From the NCBI RefSeq assembly GCF_009914755.1, contig NC_060925.1: 64,000 bases of DNA, one strand, 5' to 3'. The notes under the pieces are model-generated. The model was not told the origin of the DNA, searched no databases, and saw nothing but the letters and a program-made list of their open reading frames with translations. The DNA is from the human T2T-CHM13v2.0 reference genome, Homo sapiens. Below, in pieces: positions 11,423-25,809 of this stretch (positions within the stretch are counted from its first letter, which is position 1; each line of letters opens with the position of its first letter). Position numbers and translations under genes: made by a program.

Positions 11423-13949
11423 GTCAGAGAGGGTTGGGCTCAGGTTTCACTGTCTGCAGATTTGGAAGCTGAATGTACTCCTTAACAGCATCCCCCACCC
11501 CATAACGTCCCTCTTTCCCATCCATCCTCCTAGTCCCAGTCCTGGCCCCTGATCTAGAGCTCCCCAGAGAAGAGCAAAGACAGAGTCACTCAGTCAAGAC
11601 AGACACATGGAGACAGGTTTCCAGAGCTTTCACTCCCACGAGCCCTGTGCAGCCAGCTCAGCACCACCTTAAAGCCCACTGCTTTTCCAATGGATGAGAG
11701 AAGGGAATTTACTTGTCTTTTCTTTTCAGTGGCTCCAGATCATACTCCAACTAGCCCTTCCCCACACCTGCGCTGCCCCATACTGACTTCAGGGGTCTGG
11801 AGAAAGGACACGGTCACCAGTGTGAAGTACGGGCCTGGTTTCCCCGGGGAGAACAGAGTCAGCCTATCTCCCTGCCCAACCTCACCACCTGAGGACCTGT
11901 CCAGGCCCCGTGTCTACACCACACCCCACTAGCCCTTGGCTGGCTCGGCCTGGCAGTGACCACGGGCCCCGGGCTCTCTTCTCTCCACCTTCCCAGGGCC
12001 TGGATGGCCTTTGAGTAAACAGATAGCCCAGCGAGGTATGTGATCAATTAGCTTTGCTGAAAATGCAATCATTTTGTTATTCCAAGCTGATGAGAAGGCC
12101 TGCTCTCCCAGCCTCCACATGCCAATCAGCCCGTGTCACCGATATAATTTTCCACATAAACACAACCTTTGTGCAACATCTACTCTTGTAAATAGATGTA
12201 ATTCCCAAACCAAATAACGCACTTGGAGGGGAAATGGATATTATGCATGCAAAAAGAAAAGCCGGCGATTTTTACACTTTCCAGGCAACAAAAGATTACC
12301 CCTAATTGCGAACGGGGGAGGGGGTGGCGGCGAAGCAGGGAGGTGGCCCGCTGCTGGGAAGCCAGGGAGGCCAGCTTCCAGGCAGATTTTTTTCTCTCTC
12401 TGCACATGTGTGAGCACAGACCACCAGGAACTGCTTAACCGGGGACTTGTCCTGTTTAGGCAACTGGGGAGAACGTGGTTGTTGTTGTTGATATCTTAAA
12501 GGAAACGGAGAGTTACTTAATTATAAGGTTTGGTCTCTCTTGCCAGGAGAGACCCCCTCCAAACCCTAAACTATACACATCCTGTTGCAGAACTTCCTCC
12601 TACATTCCTGGTAGGGAATGGCCTCGCTGGGTTGTGGAGTGTGTGAGTTCCTCTGAAATGCATTGGTGTGTCTTTCTCAATGTTCTGCTCATTTAAGTGA
12701 ATCCATAAATTAGACCTTGAAAGCAGCGGAAGTTCTCGGGCAGCCAGGGAGTGAGAACGCTGCAGAACCCACTTATAATCCTGGCCAGGTTCTGGGCACG
12801 GGCTGCTCCCTGGGCTCTCTGAATGCTACGGAAATGAAGGCTGGGACGCCTCTCCCGAGCCCCTGGCCTCTCCTCATCCCCTGGCACAAGAGGGAGAAAG
12901 CTCTTTGGGGTCACTGTCAGCCCCCTCAGAGCCCCGAGCCAAAGGGAGAGAGCAGCCCGGCACAGGGAACGGCAGGATTGCTGAGCTGCCCCCGTGTGGT
13001 GCCAGGGGGCCCAGGGGCCCCACAGGCAACCCCACCCCGGGCCAGGCGGTGTGGCCCACATGAGAGCTGACAGCAGCCTCTGGATGTACTCCCGTGCATC
13101 TGGAAGGGGAGAGAATCACAGACGATGTAATTTCAACAAGGACGATTTCGGTCTTTTGCAAAGACCCTTCTATTAGCAGGTGAGTAATCACATCTTGGCC
13201 TCAAGAAGGCCTCGATGTTTCCTATAATGCTTCTGGGTCTTTATTTCATCAAGGTTCAAAACAGTGTGTGAGGCGTTAGAAAGGGAGTGTGGGTCTCTAT
13301 ATTGACAGCGAGCCAACACGGGCGAGCGGGAAGGAGCAAGCAGCGTAACCACGGCTCCAGCTCCTTTCCAGGTTCTGTCCCCAGGCCTGGGAGGGGTGGA
13401 CGGCCCCTAATACTTCAGCTACAAAACATTCTCCTATCTGACCCCCACCCCTCCCCCTGCCCACGGAACTCAGCCTAAGAACCCTCCTCTCTGAGCGTCC
13501 ATCCGTCCCTGGCTCCCAAAGCCCATCTGAAACTCATTAGCTGCTTGAAATGATTGTCATGGGAGCCCTTGATGGGGAACAAGAAAAGGAGAGGGATACT
13601 TTTAAAGGACAGCAATCGGGACCCAAATGCTGGCAGATGTTTGGAAACCTGGCTTTTGAGGAGGGGCCTCCCGGAGGCATGGGGCCAACTCCTCGGCCTG
13701 ACCCTGGCCAGGCCCCCACCTCCCATGCCTTTGTCTTTCCAGGCAGCTCCTGGAGCACTGGCTGGGTAAAGCAGCTGTCTTCAGGTCTCCTTTGCCACTG
13801 AGGAAGAATCCATGGCCATGGGATGTGCTCCAATCTGATTAGGAGGACAGCTGTGGAGGTCCCTTGATTCTTTGTCACTTGCAGCTTAATTCCTGCATTT
13901 TGTAGATAAAATGACTTTGTGTTTGTAATAATGATATCATAAAATATGA

Positions 13950-14590
13950 GACATGTTGGAATCATGATAGCATATAATATTAACGTTTCAGAACTAAGAC
14001 TCCTTGACATTTAATCTTCAAAATACAGAACATTGAATAAAAAAAAAAATTGTATTGTAGGGTCTTAGAAACCCAGTATGTTAGAATCTTAGATTGTGGG
14101 AATTCTTGAAAACTTGATTTAAAAAATCATATAAATGCTTTAGATTTTTAGTAGCATAAAACATTAGAATTCTAGAATTTTAGGATTATGAAATCAGAAT
14201 TCTAGAATACTAGAATTATAGAGCATTATAAATATAAAAGAATAAATTTATAGAAATACAGAATCATGACCTCTTTCAATCACAGAACTTGAGAATGGTG
14301 GAATATTAAATTAAGGAAACAATGATAGAATCTTAGAATTACAGGAGGATATTAGCATCATGGAATGGTAGAATTAGAGAACCATAGTGTTTAGAATTAG
14401 AGAATCATAGCAGTTTATAATTACAGACTCATTGGATTATAAACTCTTAGAATCACAGAACCTTAGAATCACAGTGTCTGTTAGAGAAGTATCAGATCTA
14501 TGAATTACAGAATTTTAGAATTATAGGCTTTTAGACATAGCCTTGAAGAATTTCAGAGGCAAAAAGGGATTTAGAGGCCATTTGGCCCTA
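13950..14590 (-). repeat. Degenerate (TAGAATCA/CTTAGAAT)n octamer tract attached to an L3/MIR3 3' end
   Basis: Recurrent agaat with ~8-bp spacing, ending in agaatttcagaggcaaaaagggatttagaggccattt (reverse CR1-type tail). Confidence 0.6.
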
Positions 14591-14606
14591 CTCCTTGCTC
14601 AGTCCT

Positions 14607-14609
<3 letters not shown>

Positions 14610-14643
<34 letters not shown>

Positions 14644-14659
14644 CGTGCAAGCGCGCGCG
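14610..14659. repeat. (CA)16 microsatellite followed by tgcgtgca and (GC)4
   Basis: Direct reading. Confidence 0.95.
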
Positions 14660-15799
14660 AAACCTCTCGGTAACCCTGTGCTTATGTCTAGACAACGCAG
14701 TCTAATTTTATCGTTCCTTACATCCCCTAGAGCCGCCGACCTCCTTTTCTGTCTCCCCTCTCTGCCTGCCTCTCATCATTACAAATTCCTACCAGCCCCC
14801 TGTTTTTCAAGGGAGAGCTTGCTTTTCGTTTTGCAAATCATCCAGCATCTTAATTCACCATGCCTGTGTCTTGCAGGACAAGGCTATTTCAGTGATTAAC
14901 ATATCAGGGAAACGAAGCCTTGGCTTCATTTGGGATATGGGAGGGAGAGCAGGAGGGACAGGCAGGGGTGTGTGTGTGGCCTCCTAGAAACAGCATCAAG
15001 CAGGCCCACATAGGAACCCATGCTGCCCATTCCCTCTTGGAAGGAGGTGGGAGCCACGACAGTGGCTGCAATCATGCAGCCTGGCCTATCTAGGTGAAAG
15101 GAGATTCGAAACTGTAAGCCATTTCATGCTTATTTATTTTATGATCCTCATGGGCTGGGTTTACACAGATCGGACAACATGTGGATTAGATAATTTGCTG
15201 GGAATTAACAGCCTCCGATGGTTATCAGTCTTGGGGATTAAAGCTGGGTTGATGACGATGGTTCAGTGATGAGTTGATGATGTTATCCATGTCCTCATCG
15301 GGGTTCAGAGAGACGTGGTGGCTCATCACCCAGTCATAAATCCCCACCGGGACAGCATAGTGGAAGAGGATGGTTAGGTATCAACTGGAGATTAACACTT
15401 GGGATTCTATTACATTTAGGAATAAACCAAAAGCAAAACAAAGTCGGCTTCAGAGTCAGCCTGGTAATTTAGAAAATATTGCCTTCGGAATGAATTCATC
15501 CCAAAGCTCTGTAGAAGAACTAGCCGAAGATAAACAATTTAAATATGAAACCTCCTGCTTTTTATTTAAGCACTATAAAGACAGAGTCTGTGCAGTGACC
15601 GCCAAAAGACGAGGCTATCTTCCTTGAATGATCTTTTCTCCAGCTCAGTTCCCATGCAGAATCTCCCAGCCCCAGGATCACGTAAAGCACCTCCTAGGGG
15701 AGGGAGCAGCCTGGGTTAGAAATGCTCAGAGATTGTGGCAATCTTCCCATAGATGAAGCATTGAAATCAACCGCTTTTGCTGCTTTCACATCTATTCTT

Positions 15800-16861
<1,062 letters not shown>

Positions 16862-18791
16862 TGACACATCTATTCTTAATAAACCATTTAGTTTAGAAAC
16901 TGCAAAGCCACACAGCTAACCAAATTGCAGTGCCCAACTGGTTCTAGGAATACCATTTCGATGTAGCCGAGATTTTTCCAACACCGAAATGCGTGCCGGA
17001 GAGGTAGAGGATAGTCAGGCCAAACCCGCCTGCCATGCTGTGTGCCTTTGGGCAAGTTAGAGCTCCTTTCTGGTCCCCAGCAGGCCCACCCACAGATAGG
17101 TAGTTGGATTAAATAATCTAAATGTGGGAGCAAAAATATTAGAAACAGAAAAATTACAATTTGGCTTTATTCCTTTTCGTGAGTTGAATTTCAAATTAGT
17201 TAGGTGAGTATTTCTATTTATTTTAGAGGCAGTTCAACCAAGATCTGCTATTTTCATGGCTCTGGGTTTTGATTTCAGATGTGAAACAACAAAACCATGA
17301 CCCCAAACTTCCTAGACTGTTGGCTGCAGCCATTGTACACAGTTTTCAGTGGTGTGGCATATTGTTAACACAAATGACAAATGTCATTACCTCCTCAATT
17401 CTGAAAGAAGTAAGAAAAGAAATGGGGAGTGAAAACGAGCTAATGGAATAGCACACTAGGTGTCAAGAGGCCTCATTCTATGACTCTCAGTTTCCCCATC
17501 TGTAAAATGGGGAGCGGGTGGAGGCCGGAGAAATCTAGAGGTTGTCTTCCGGCTCTGAAACAAAGTTTGAGTTTCTGAGGCTTCAGCCCTGATTCTAAAC
17601 AAGGGTGTTGGGTGTGTTGTGCTCTGTTGCATCCATCTGCAGCTCTGCAGGGGCCACCCCTACTGATTCTGGAGATGGGAGGGGTGGGGCTGAGGAAAAT
17701 GGAGAGTCTTTACAAAGGGCACAATGGTAAATCCCCGATTTCTGGACAAGTCCCTTTCACTGTGAGCCTGAAAGGCCAAGGAGGGGTGGGCAGGGTGAAT
17801 GGGCTTGGGGGTGGGTGGGTGAGTACCCTCTTGCCACAGCCCCATTGAAAGTTGGTGGACCTGTCAGCAATGAAAGGAAGTGAGTTAAAGAGGCAAGTGA
17901 GGGGGCTGTGCTAGGGGCTCAGCAATCCCCCGACACGGATGAGGGACAGAACCGCAGCCTCGGTCCAGCCCACGTGGACTGCCTGGCAAGGCTGCAGGGC
18001 ACAACGGGTCCTCCATTGGGACTTTCTGCCCTCTTGATTTGAATCCCAGTTTTAAACCTGTGACAATATTGTGTGTCCTTTCATGGTGGATTTGGCCGGG
18101 ATTTATGCCTGAAACTCATGGAACTGCAATTCTCTGGAAAAGCCGAGGCTGGTGGTGAGGTTGGGGAGTGGGGCTGGGGTGATTGCAGGGCTCGGACCAG
18201 TCCATTTCATCAAAATATCTAATCTGGAAAGCTACACACCAACCAGCTCCACATCCACAGCTGACCGTGGCCGACAAACAGCCTGTCAGTTGAGTCCAGC
18301 AACGGGTCAGTTTAGATGAGCAACGGGCCAGTCCAATCAAAGCAATCAGTTCAGTTATAAAAATGGTAGCGGGGAAAGGAACAACAGAAAAACAACAATA
18401 CCAGCAGTTCCGTTTTTACAAAGTGACCGTGCAACTTTCTTGACTATGTACAGGGAAGCAACCAAGCGGTTCCCCAACACAAGCTCAGCCTTGTCCGGTC
18501 AATCACTTGGCAGGTCTGGAGGTAGAAGCATTCAGAAATGATCCTGTGGTCCAGTCTGACCCCCTGTCTCATGCCGTGGAACCTCAGAATTACGACATTG
18601 TCAGAACTGGTAGAGTGGGGCTTGGGATTCATGCAGCCTCACCCCTCCTCATCCCAGGGGTTACAAAGAGTCTAGGGTCCTTACCAAGATGCCATGGCAC
18701 TTCAGGAGATTCCGCTTCTCTCTCTGAGCTGAATGTCCCTCAGTGGCAGCTAGTTCTTCCTTGTGTCTAACCAGAGTCTCTCTCGCTGCAG

Positions 18792-18831
18792 GAGCAGCTT
18801 GGATGCTCCTCCTCATGGCCAGTCTCCAGAG
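18792..18831 (+). ncRNA. Candidate 40-nt internal exon of a plus-strand lncRNA
   Basis: Branch point CTAAC 18767-18771, tctctctcgctgcAG acceptor, GAG|GTGAGT donor; no transcript data available. Confidence 0.35.
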
Positions 18832-20409
18832 GTGAGTGTGCTGGGATCCTGGCCTGGGGGTGGGCTGGTGACCCCTCTTCCCTGAGGTAGCAGAGGCCTG
18901 GAGGGCCGTCTCTGTGTTTGGTGAATAAACATCAGAGTCCAGTTGCCGGCCTGTCACTCTGCAGCCTTTCAGCGTGTGAGAGGCCAGGTGGGCCAGAGGG
19001 AGTTCCCATGGGCGGCATATGAAGAGGCCGGGGTCTGCGGGGGCTGTGGGGGGCTGTGGGGACTGTGGGGGCTGCAGGGGCTGGGGCCCAGGCAGGTCTG
19101 CTTTGGATAGCCAGTAGAATCAGCTTTTGCAGGCCATGGAACTTCACACCTTTGAAAGGCTCCAGAGCGGCCCACAGAAAAAATAAACCGTTCCTCCCAT
19201 CCGTGGCAGATCGGCCATCCTTAGGGGCTCCCGGTCATGCACATGGAAACCCTGTAAAAGGGCCCAGTGTTTCCTTTGCCACTCCCTGAAAGGATATGGG
19301 CTGAGTCTTGCCATGGCTGCTGGGGTCGGGCAAGAGTGCTTCATCCACACCAATGAGGCCTGGGGCCCAGCCCCACTCCCCTGGGACAGCCACCCCAGCC
19401 TCTGAGCCTTAGTTTACACATCTGGCAAGCAGGCATTAAAAAAAACCCACCTTAGGGTTTTGTGTGTGTGTGATGGCAGAATAAGGCATATATGTGTATG
19501 AACATACTTAGCACACAGTAGATGCATGATCAATGTCTTCCTCCTCCTGCTGTCTATGGAACCTAGAACAGGTCGGATTTCCTTTAGGAGCCACAGTTCA
19601 CTTTCCCGGAAAGTGGGGTAGCATCTACGTGTGTCAGGATGAAATGAGACAAAGGGCTTAGCACAGGGCCTGGTACCAGAAGGTTCTGTTATAGTATAAT
19701 TTCTTTTTTCTTTCTGTTCCTCCTCCCCTCTGGGTCTCGGGGACATCATCTTATAAATGGGAATGGTAATACTTTCTTGACCTACTAGGTCAAGAATGCT
19801 GAGGATAAACGCAATGCTACCAGCACTTGATGAGCTTCATTATGCTGCAGAACCATAGGAGAGACTAGATCTCAAAACACTTTGACAGCAAGAAGAAAGA
19901 TTACAAGGCTTAGAGAGTCCTAGGAGTATTATGACAAGACTTAGATGAGGACATGGCTCTTGTCTCATCGAGTGATGGTTCAGGCAGGAATGTTGGGAGT
20001 CTTAAGGAGAAAGAAGGGTCCCTGCTTCTTGTTGGTACCAGGGAGGGCTTGCTGGAGGCATGGTTTGTCCAAAGCTATGGAGCTCTGTCTTTTCATGGGT
20101 CTAGTTTGTTGCAAATGCTTGAGGCCTAGGCTGCTGCTGGCTCCCAGCAAGTTGGGAGATGTCCCCAGAAGTGTCTGTGGTCTCTTGCCTGGGCTTTTCA
20201 GAGCTGCAAAGAGACAAACTAGGACCAAGGGGGTTAGAAGGAGCGAAAGTAAGAGCAGATCCCAGTGTGAGCTCTCCAGCCACAGAGCTGGCTGTCTCCA
20301 GTGGCAGTGAGCTCCCTGACACGGCAGGTGCCCAGCAGAGGCTGGAGGACCCTGTGACAGGTACTGAGGAGAGACTGTGGCAGTGGGTGAGGGGTAGGAT
20401 TATCTGAGA

Positions 20410-20600
20410 GATAGGCTTGGAGTCAGGTACCCTGGGCTCCTCCTGTTCAAGCTTTGCAATTTACCCCTGTGACCTTGGATTAGTCTCCTACCTTTGCAAA
20501 GTTTGTTTCCTTATATGTAAATTGCCTGTAATTCCTACTTCCAAGAGTTGTTTTGGAGATTAAATGAGATAATGCACATAAGGTATTTAGTACAGTGTCA
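20410..20600 (+). mobile_element. MIR
   Basis: ggcttggagtcag...ctgtgaccttgga...gagattaaatgagataatgc. Confidence 0.7.
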
Positions 20601-20714
20601 GAAACTTGGGGGCTCTCCCTGTCACAGCTTAGATTCTAAGATCTTACAGGCTGAAATTTGTAGGGGAAGGTTAAGATCCTATTCTTTGAGGATCTGGAAT
20701 TATAGGAAATTGAA

Positions 20715-20945
20715 TCCATTTATTTAACAGGTACTTATTTAAAGCTTATCCTATGCTGAATACTTTTATATGGGCTTTATAAATATTCATTGAGTCTTCA
20801 CAACACTATGAGCTAGGTACTATTCTTACCCCCAGTTTATAGATAAATAAACTGAGGCAGAGAGAAGGTTAAGTAACTTGCCCATGGTCACACAGCTAAG
20901 GAAGTGATAGAGCTGAGATTGAAGTCTGGTTCCAGAGTCTATGCA
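20715..20945 (-). mobile_element. MIR
   Basis: aaactgaggcagagagaaggttaagtaacttgcccatggtcacacagct. Confidence 0.8.
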
Positions 20946-21060
20946 CGAAGATTCTAAAACCATGAGACTTTAAAACCATTCCATATTCCTAAGGTTACAG
21001 AGAATTTGAGATTATGGGACTTATATTAATAATTGCAAATGTCCAGGATGAAACAGTTCT

Positions 21061-21253
21061 AGGGCATACTTTTTCTGCAAAGGACCAGGTTGTAAATATT
21101 TTCCTTTGGCTTGGCAGGCCATAAGGTCTCTTGTCACATTACTCAACTCTGCTGTTGTAGCCATATCTAAACAAATGGGTTCCAATAAAACTTTATTTAC
21201 AAAAGCAGGTGGCAGGTGGATTTGGCCCTTGTGTTATAGTTTGCTGATCCCTG
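21061..21253 (-). mobile_element. MER58A (hAT-Charlie)
   Basis: ttccaataaaactttatttacaaaagcaggtggc...gatttggccc...tagtttgctgatccctg. Confidence 0.85.
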
Positions 21254-24200
21254 TTCTTGATGCATTGTCTGCTCTGCTGAGCGCCTTGGTGGGGGCTCCC
21301 TTCAGGACTGAGCCCCAGAGGAGCCCAGCTGTGCCCCTCATTTGGAGATGCAGAGGGGTCTGCGGGGGCCAGGCTGGCTCCCAGGGTGCGGGTGCCTCTG
21401 AGTGTGGCTCTCCCTTTCTGTCCTAAAGAGGCTGTTGAAAAGGCTCCTCTCTCCAGCAGTGGCGCCTCATTACTCATGGTTGGAAAACAATGTTAATTTC
21501 CCCCAAGCGGGAAGCAGCTGCACTTGTGAGCCAGGGCTCATTTTGCTGCATGAATATTTATGGCATGTCCCCTAATTAAGCTCAGAAATAAAATTTATCC
21601 TGCTAACAGGGTCCACAGAAGACTGGAAGGCCATGTCAGGAACCAGCCTCTTATGCCTGTGAAGTAGGTTTGTCAATGAAACATTTGTTTCCAGAGCCAC
21701 TTGGCCAGGGACAGTGTCCACAGTAGCATTTCCTGGAAGGTCAAGCACCCTTTGTGTAGTCACATGCTTGTGCAAGGGGACACCTACACTACCTTGCTGA
21801 GCAGTGATGGATGGCTATTGTCCCAGGCCTGCATGTGGTGACACAGAGGTGACTCTAGGCCAGAGCCCTTAGCAATACTTCTTTTCTTTTAGCCAGTGTG
21901 ACTCAGGTATTTTCTGATTGGGTGTCAAAGGCCACTCCAGTATAAATAGCCCAGTGAGAAAGCGCCCTGGAGTGGGAACCAGGAAAGATGGGTTTGAGTT
22001 GCTCCCCTGACACTGATTCTAGCTGACCAGGGGCCGGCCTGCCTGCTCTCCCAGCCTCAGGCCCCCATTTCGTTAAAATGATGGCGGACTGTCAACATCA
22101 TGTAGTTACTGGGAATCATGGGAGACCATGGAAGATAAAGTCTTTTGGGGAATGATTCTCACCATGATTTGGAATTTCCTTTACCTCCAGGCCCTCCCTC
22201 CCTTAAATCCCCAGAACCAAGGAAAGCCTAGGCCTAGGCCAGTAACCTTGAGGGCTTCCGGAAACCATAAATCTTGGCCTTTCCTTGAGGGGTCCTATCT
22301 CCAGAGAACTGCCTGGGCCCTCATATCCTCTTCCACAAAGCCAATAAACCAAGCAAACACCATAAAGCTCCTCACCCCACCTGAGCTTTCCCCCACGGTC
22401 AGAGTCGGACCTGGTCAAGAGTCATGAGTTTCAGAACATGGCTATAAAATTGCACGTGGCTCCTCCCCATTTCCTTTCCAGAATGGAACTTACCTTTGCT
22501 TTCTCTCTTCCATCCTCTTTTTGATAAGTTTCCTCTTTAATTTCTTTCCAGCACCTGAGAGATCCCATCTTGCGTTCCCAGCCTCACCTCCCAGTTGCTG
22601 GTGGGGGCTTGGAGAGGAGGATGCTTTCCTAAGGCAGGTCCGGGGGTGTAATCAACCAGGGGCCTTGGCAACTGGCACACCTTGTAAATTCAAAAGTCAA
22701 CAAGATGTGGAAGCAAAGGAGACCCTGGGGCTGGAGAGGAGGAAGTGGGGAGGTGAGGGTGGGCCTTATCTTGTGAAGTCGGTCAGGGGTGGCTTCTGTG
22801 CCCTCTGCCTCCCCTGGTGGGGCCTGCCCCACCCCCTGGAGCCTGGAACTTCCTGCTCTCATTCTTCACCTTCACATCCTGAGCTCAGAACTGATCACAG
22901 CTACAGCCTGGACCCTGGAAGGGGCCCTAGAGGCTTTCTCTCCCACACCCTCTCACTACAGATAGGGAGGCTGAAAAAACTGGGAGGGCCTTGCCCTAGG
23001 TCAGTGTCAGAGTGGAAATAACACTGGGCTGGGGCCAGGAGACCGGGTCTCTGGTTCTTGCCTGGGCTGAGTCCAGACCTCAGTTGCAGACTGTAGCCTT
23101 ACCTCTAACCCCTAGGTTACCATGAGATGGGAGGAAAGATCACAGCTTCTTAGGGCCCATCTCAACCACAGAACCATATGAACCACTTAATGGCTATTTG
23201 CATCCGGGACACACTCTTCACTGAAAAAGGATGCCATGATCTTACCAATTTGGAAGTTTGGTGCAGTGGGCTTATTAGAGCACTGTAGCAGAGGTGTGAC
23301 ATTCACAAAAGTCACTTTAACCTCTCTGGACTTGAGCTTCCTCATCTGTAAAATGAGGATAATAATCCCCCTCGCCCCCCTCCACCCACTGCCAACTATC
23401 CCCTCAGCTTCTGATGAGGGTCAAAGGAGATACTGATTCAGTCTTTTGTTAGATGAATGTGTTTACATGTGAAAGAATAAATATTAAAATTATACCTATT
23501 GTTTTGTTATTATTTGGTGTTTACTCTCCTTCCTGGCTAGCCAGAAAGAGCTGGTGTTTTTTGAAGACCTAAGCCCGGGAGCAAATTTTTCCTGGTCAAA
23601 GAGGCCAAGAGTGGGCCCAGGATCTCTGCCAGGACCTGCCAGGGCCCAGAAGATTTGGGGAGGGGAGCTGCAGCATTAGAGGGCTGAGACCCCTTTATCC
23701 TTGATTAGGTCCAAAGCTGTTGGGTGGAACTGTGGCACCTGCAGAGTTAACCGCGTCCATGGTGTATCATTGCGCTAAGACAGGCTTAGAGAGAGCTCAA
23801 GGGGCCTACATTTAAATACACACCTTTCTGTTTCCACAGCTCATGTATTTTAGGGAGGAAAATTTAATCCATATACTTTTAGTTCATTTGCATTAAAGTC
23901 ATCACAAAGCTTTGTCTGAGCCATTTTGAGCTTGTGTGGCCTGTTGGAGAACCTTCACTGTCTTTCGAAGGCCTTTTCTTCCTCTCTAGGCAAACAGGAA
24001 ATCATACTCTGCCCAGGAGCAACCAACCTGAAACCTTCAGCGCTGCCTGCCTCACCTGCCTTCTCACACCTGGAAATGACAGGCCGAGATCAAGTTCCTC
24101 TGGAGCCCAGGAAACTCTCATGCCTGACAATTAAATGCCTCCATGATTTGCCCCAAGCTATCTTGATAGCAGTTGTACCCTAACCACCAGGCAGGGTGAT

Positions 24201-25065
24201 GTTCATGGAAACCTCTGTTCCTGCCATTCCCTCTCCCCTGGCTACATTTCCTCCTGACATTTTGCCCATTCTCTGAGGCCCAGCTGCGGCTCAACCTCAG
24301 CCTTCCCTTGATCATCCTTATGCAAGCAGTTGCATAAGCAGTTGCCGGCTCAGGATTCAGTACTAAGTGTCATTGGTAAACGTTTATTGGATGGATGAAT
24401 GGAATGGTGGATGACAGGGGCTGGGATAATTTATCCTATATTTTCTTCTTGCTTCTCCCTCTTCTGAAATGTGTCTGGCCCAGGTTTTGGTACACACGGA
24501 GGTTTGAGGAATGCCTAAAGAATGAATGCACGTGCAGTGAATGGATGGCTGTAGAAATCCATTTATAGAGCACATGCTATGGGCTCTGCATGGGGCCAGA
24601 TGCTGGTATCACAGCTGTGAAGAAGACATGCTTCCTGCCCTCATCTTTCACATTGTAGCTGAGAAGTCAGGCAGACACTGGGAGTTGCACAATCTATGAT
24701 GTATTTAGTTACTCTTGTGATAAGTTTGAGGAGGGAGGAAAATGAATATGTGTATGAGTGAAGAAAGGAGTAAACAAATAGAATGAGGGAGGAAATGAAT
24801 ATGTACATGAATAAAAGAATACTGGGGAGAATAATTAATGGAATGATGGATGAAGATGAATTCATTGTGAAGGAAAAGACCCCAAGCCGTGTGACACAGT
24901 ATTTGTGGACACAAGGCCTAGAGGCCACTAGGCCACTGTGGCCTGAAGTCAGCCCCTCTTTTGTTTCCCAGGGTGCAGGAGCAGCAGGTGGGTGGGGAGA
25001 GGTAAGGCCCTCTGCATCCTGAGGTTGGCAGCACTGCTACCATCTTAGCATCTCCCAAACTTTAG

Positions 25066-25611
<546 letters not shown>

Positions 25612-25809
25612 ACAGGGTCTGAGTTTTGCTCAGCACATGGCATAATCCTCAAAGCTTTCACAATCATATCCACACCACACGTATCCTCCACTGGGAGAAA
25701 TCAGCTGGAGAGGGAAGGGCCTGCCCAAGGCCCCAACACCAGAGTCCTGACCTCCAGGAGCCTGAGACAGACAAGGCCCATTTTGACTTAGCTCCTTTCG
25801 TCCCCCTCT

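Noticed and set aside
14160-14220. Heat-shock element-like TTCTAGAA
   Set aside because: Only two correctly spaced nGAAn units; explained by the octamer tail repeat.
21450-21468. CTCF-like ccagcagtggcgcc
   Set aside because: One base short of the required core spacing.
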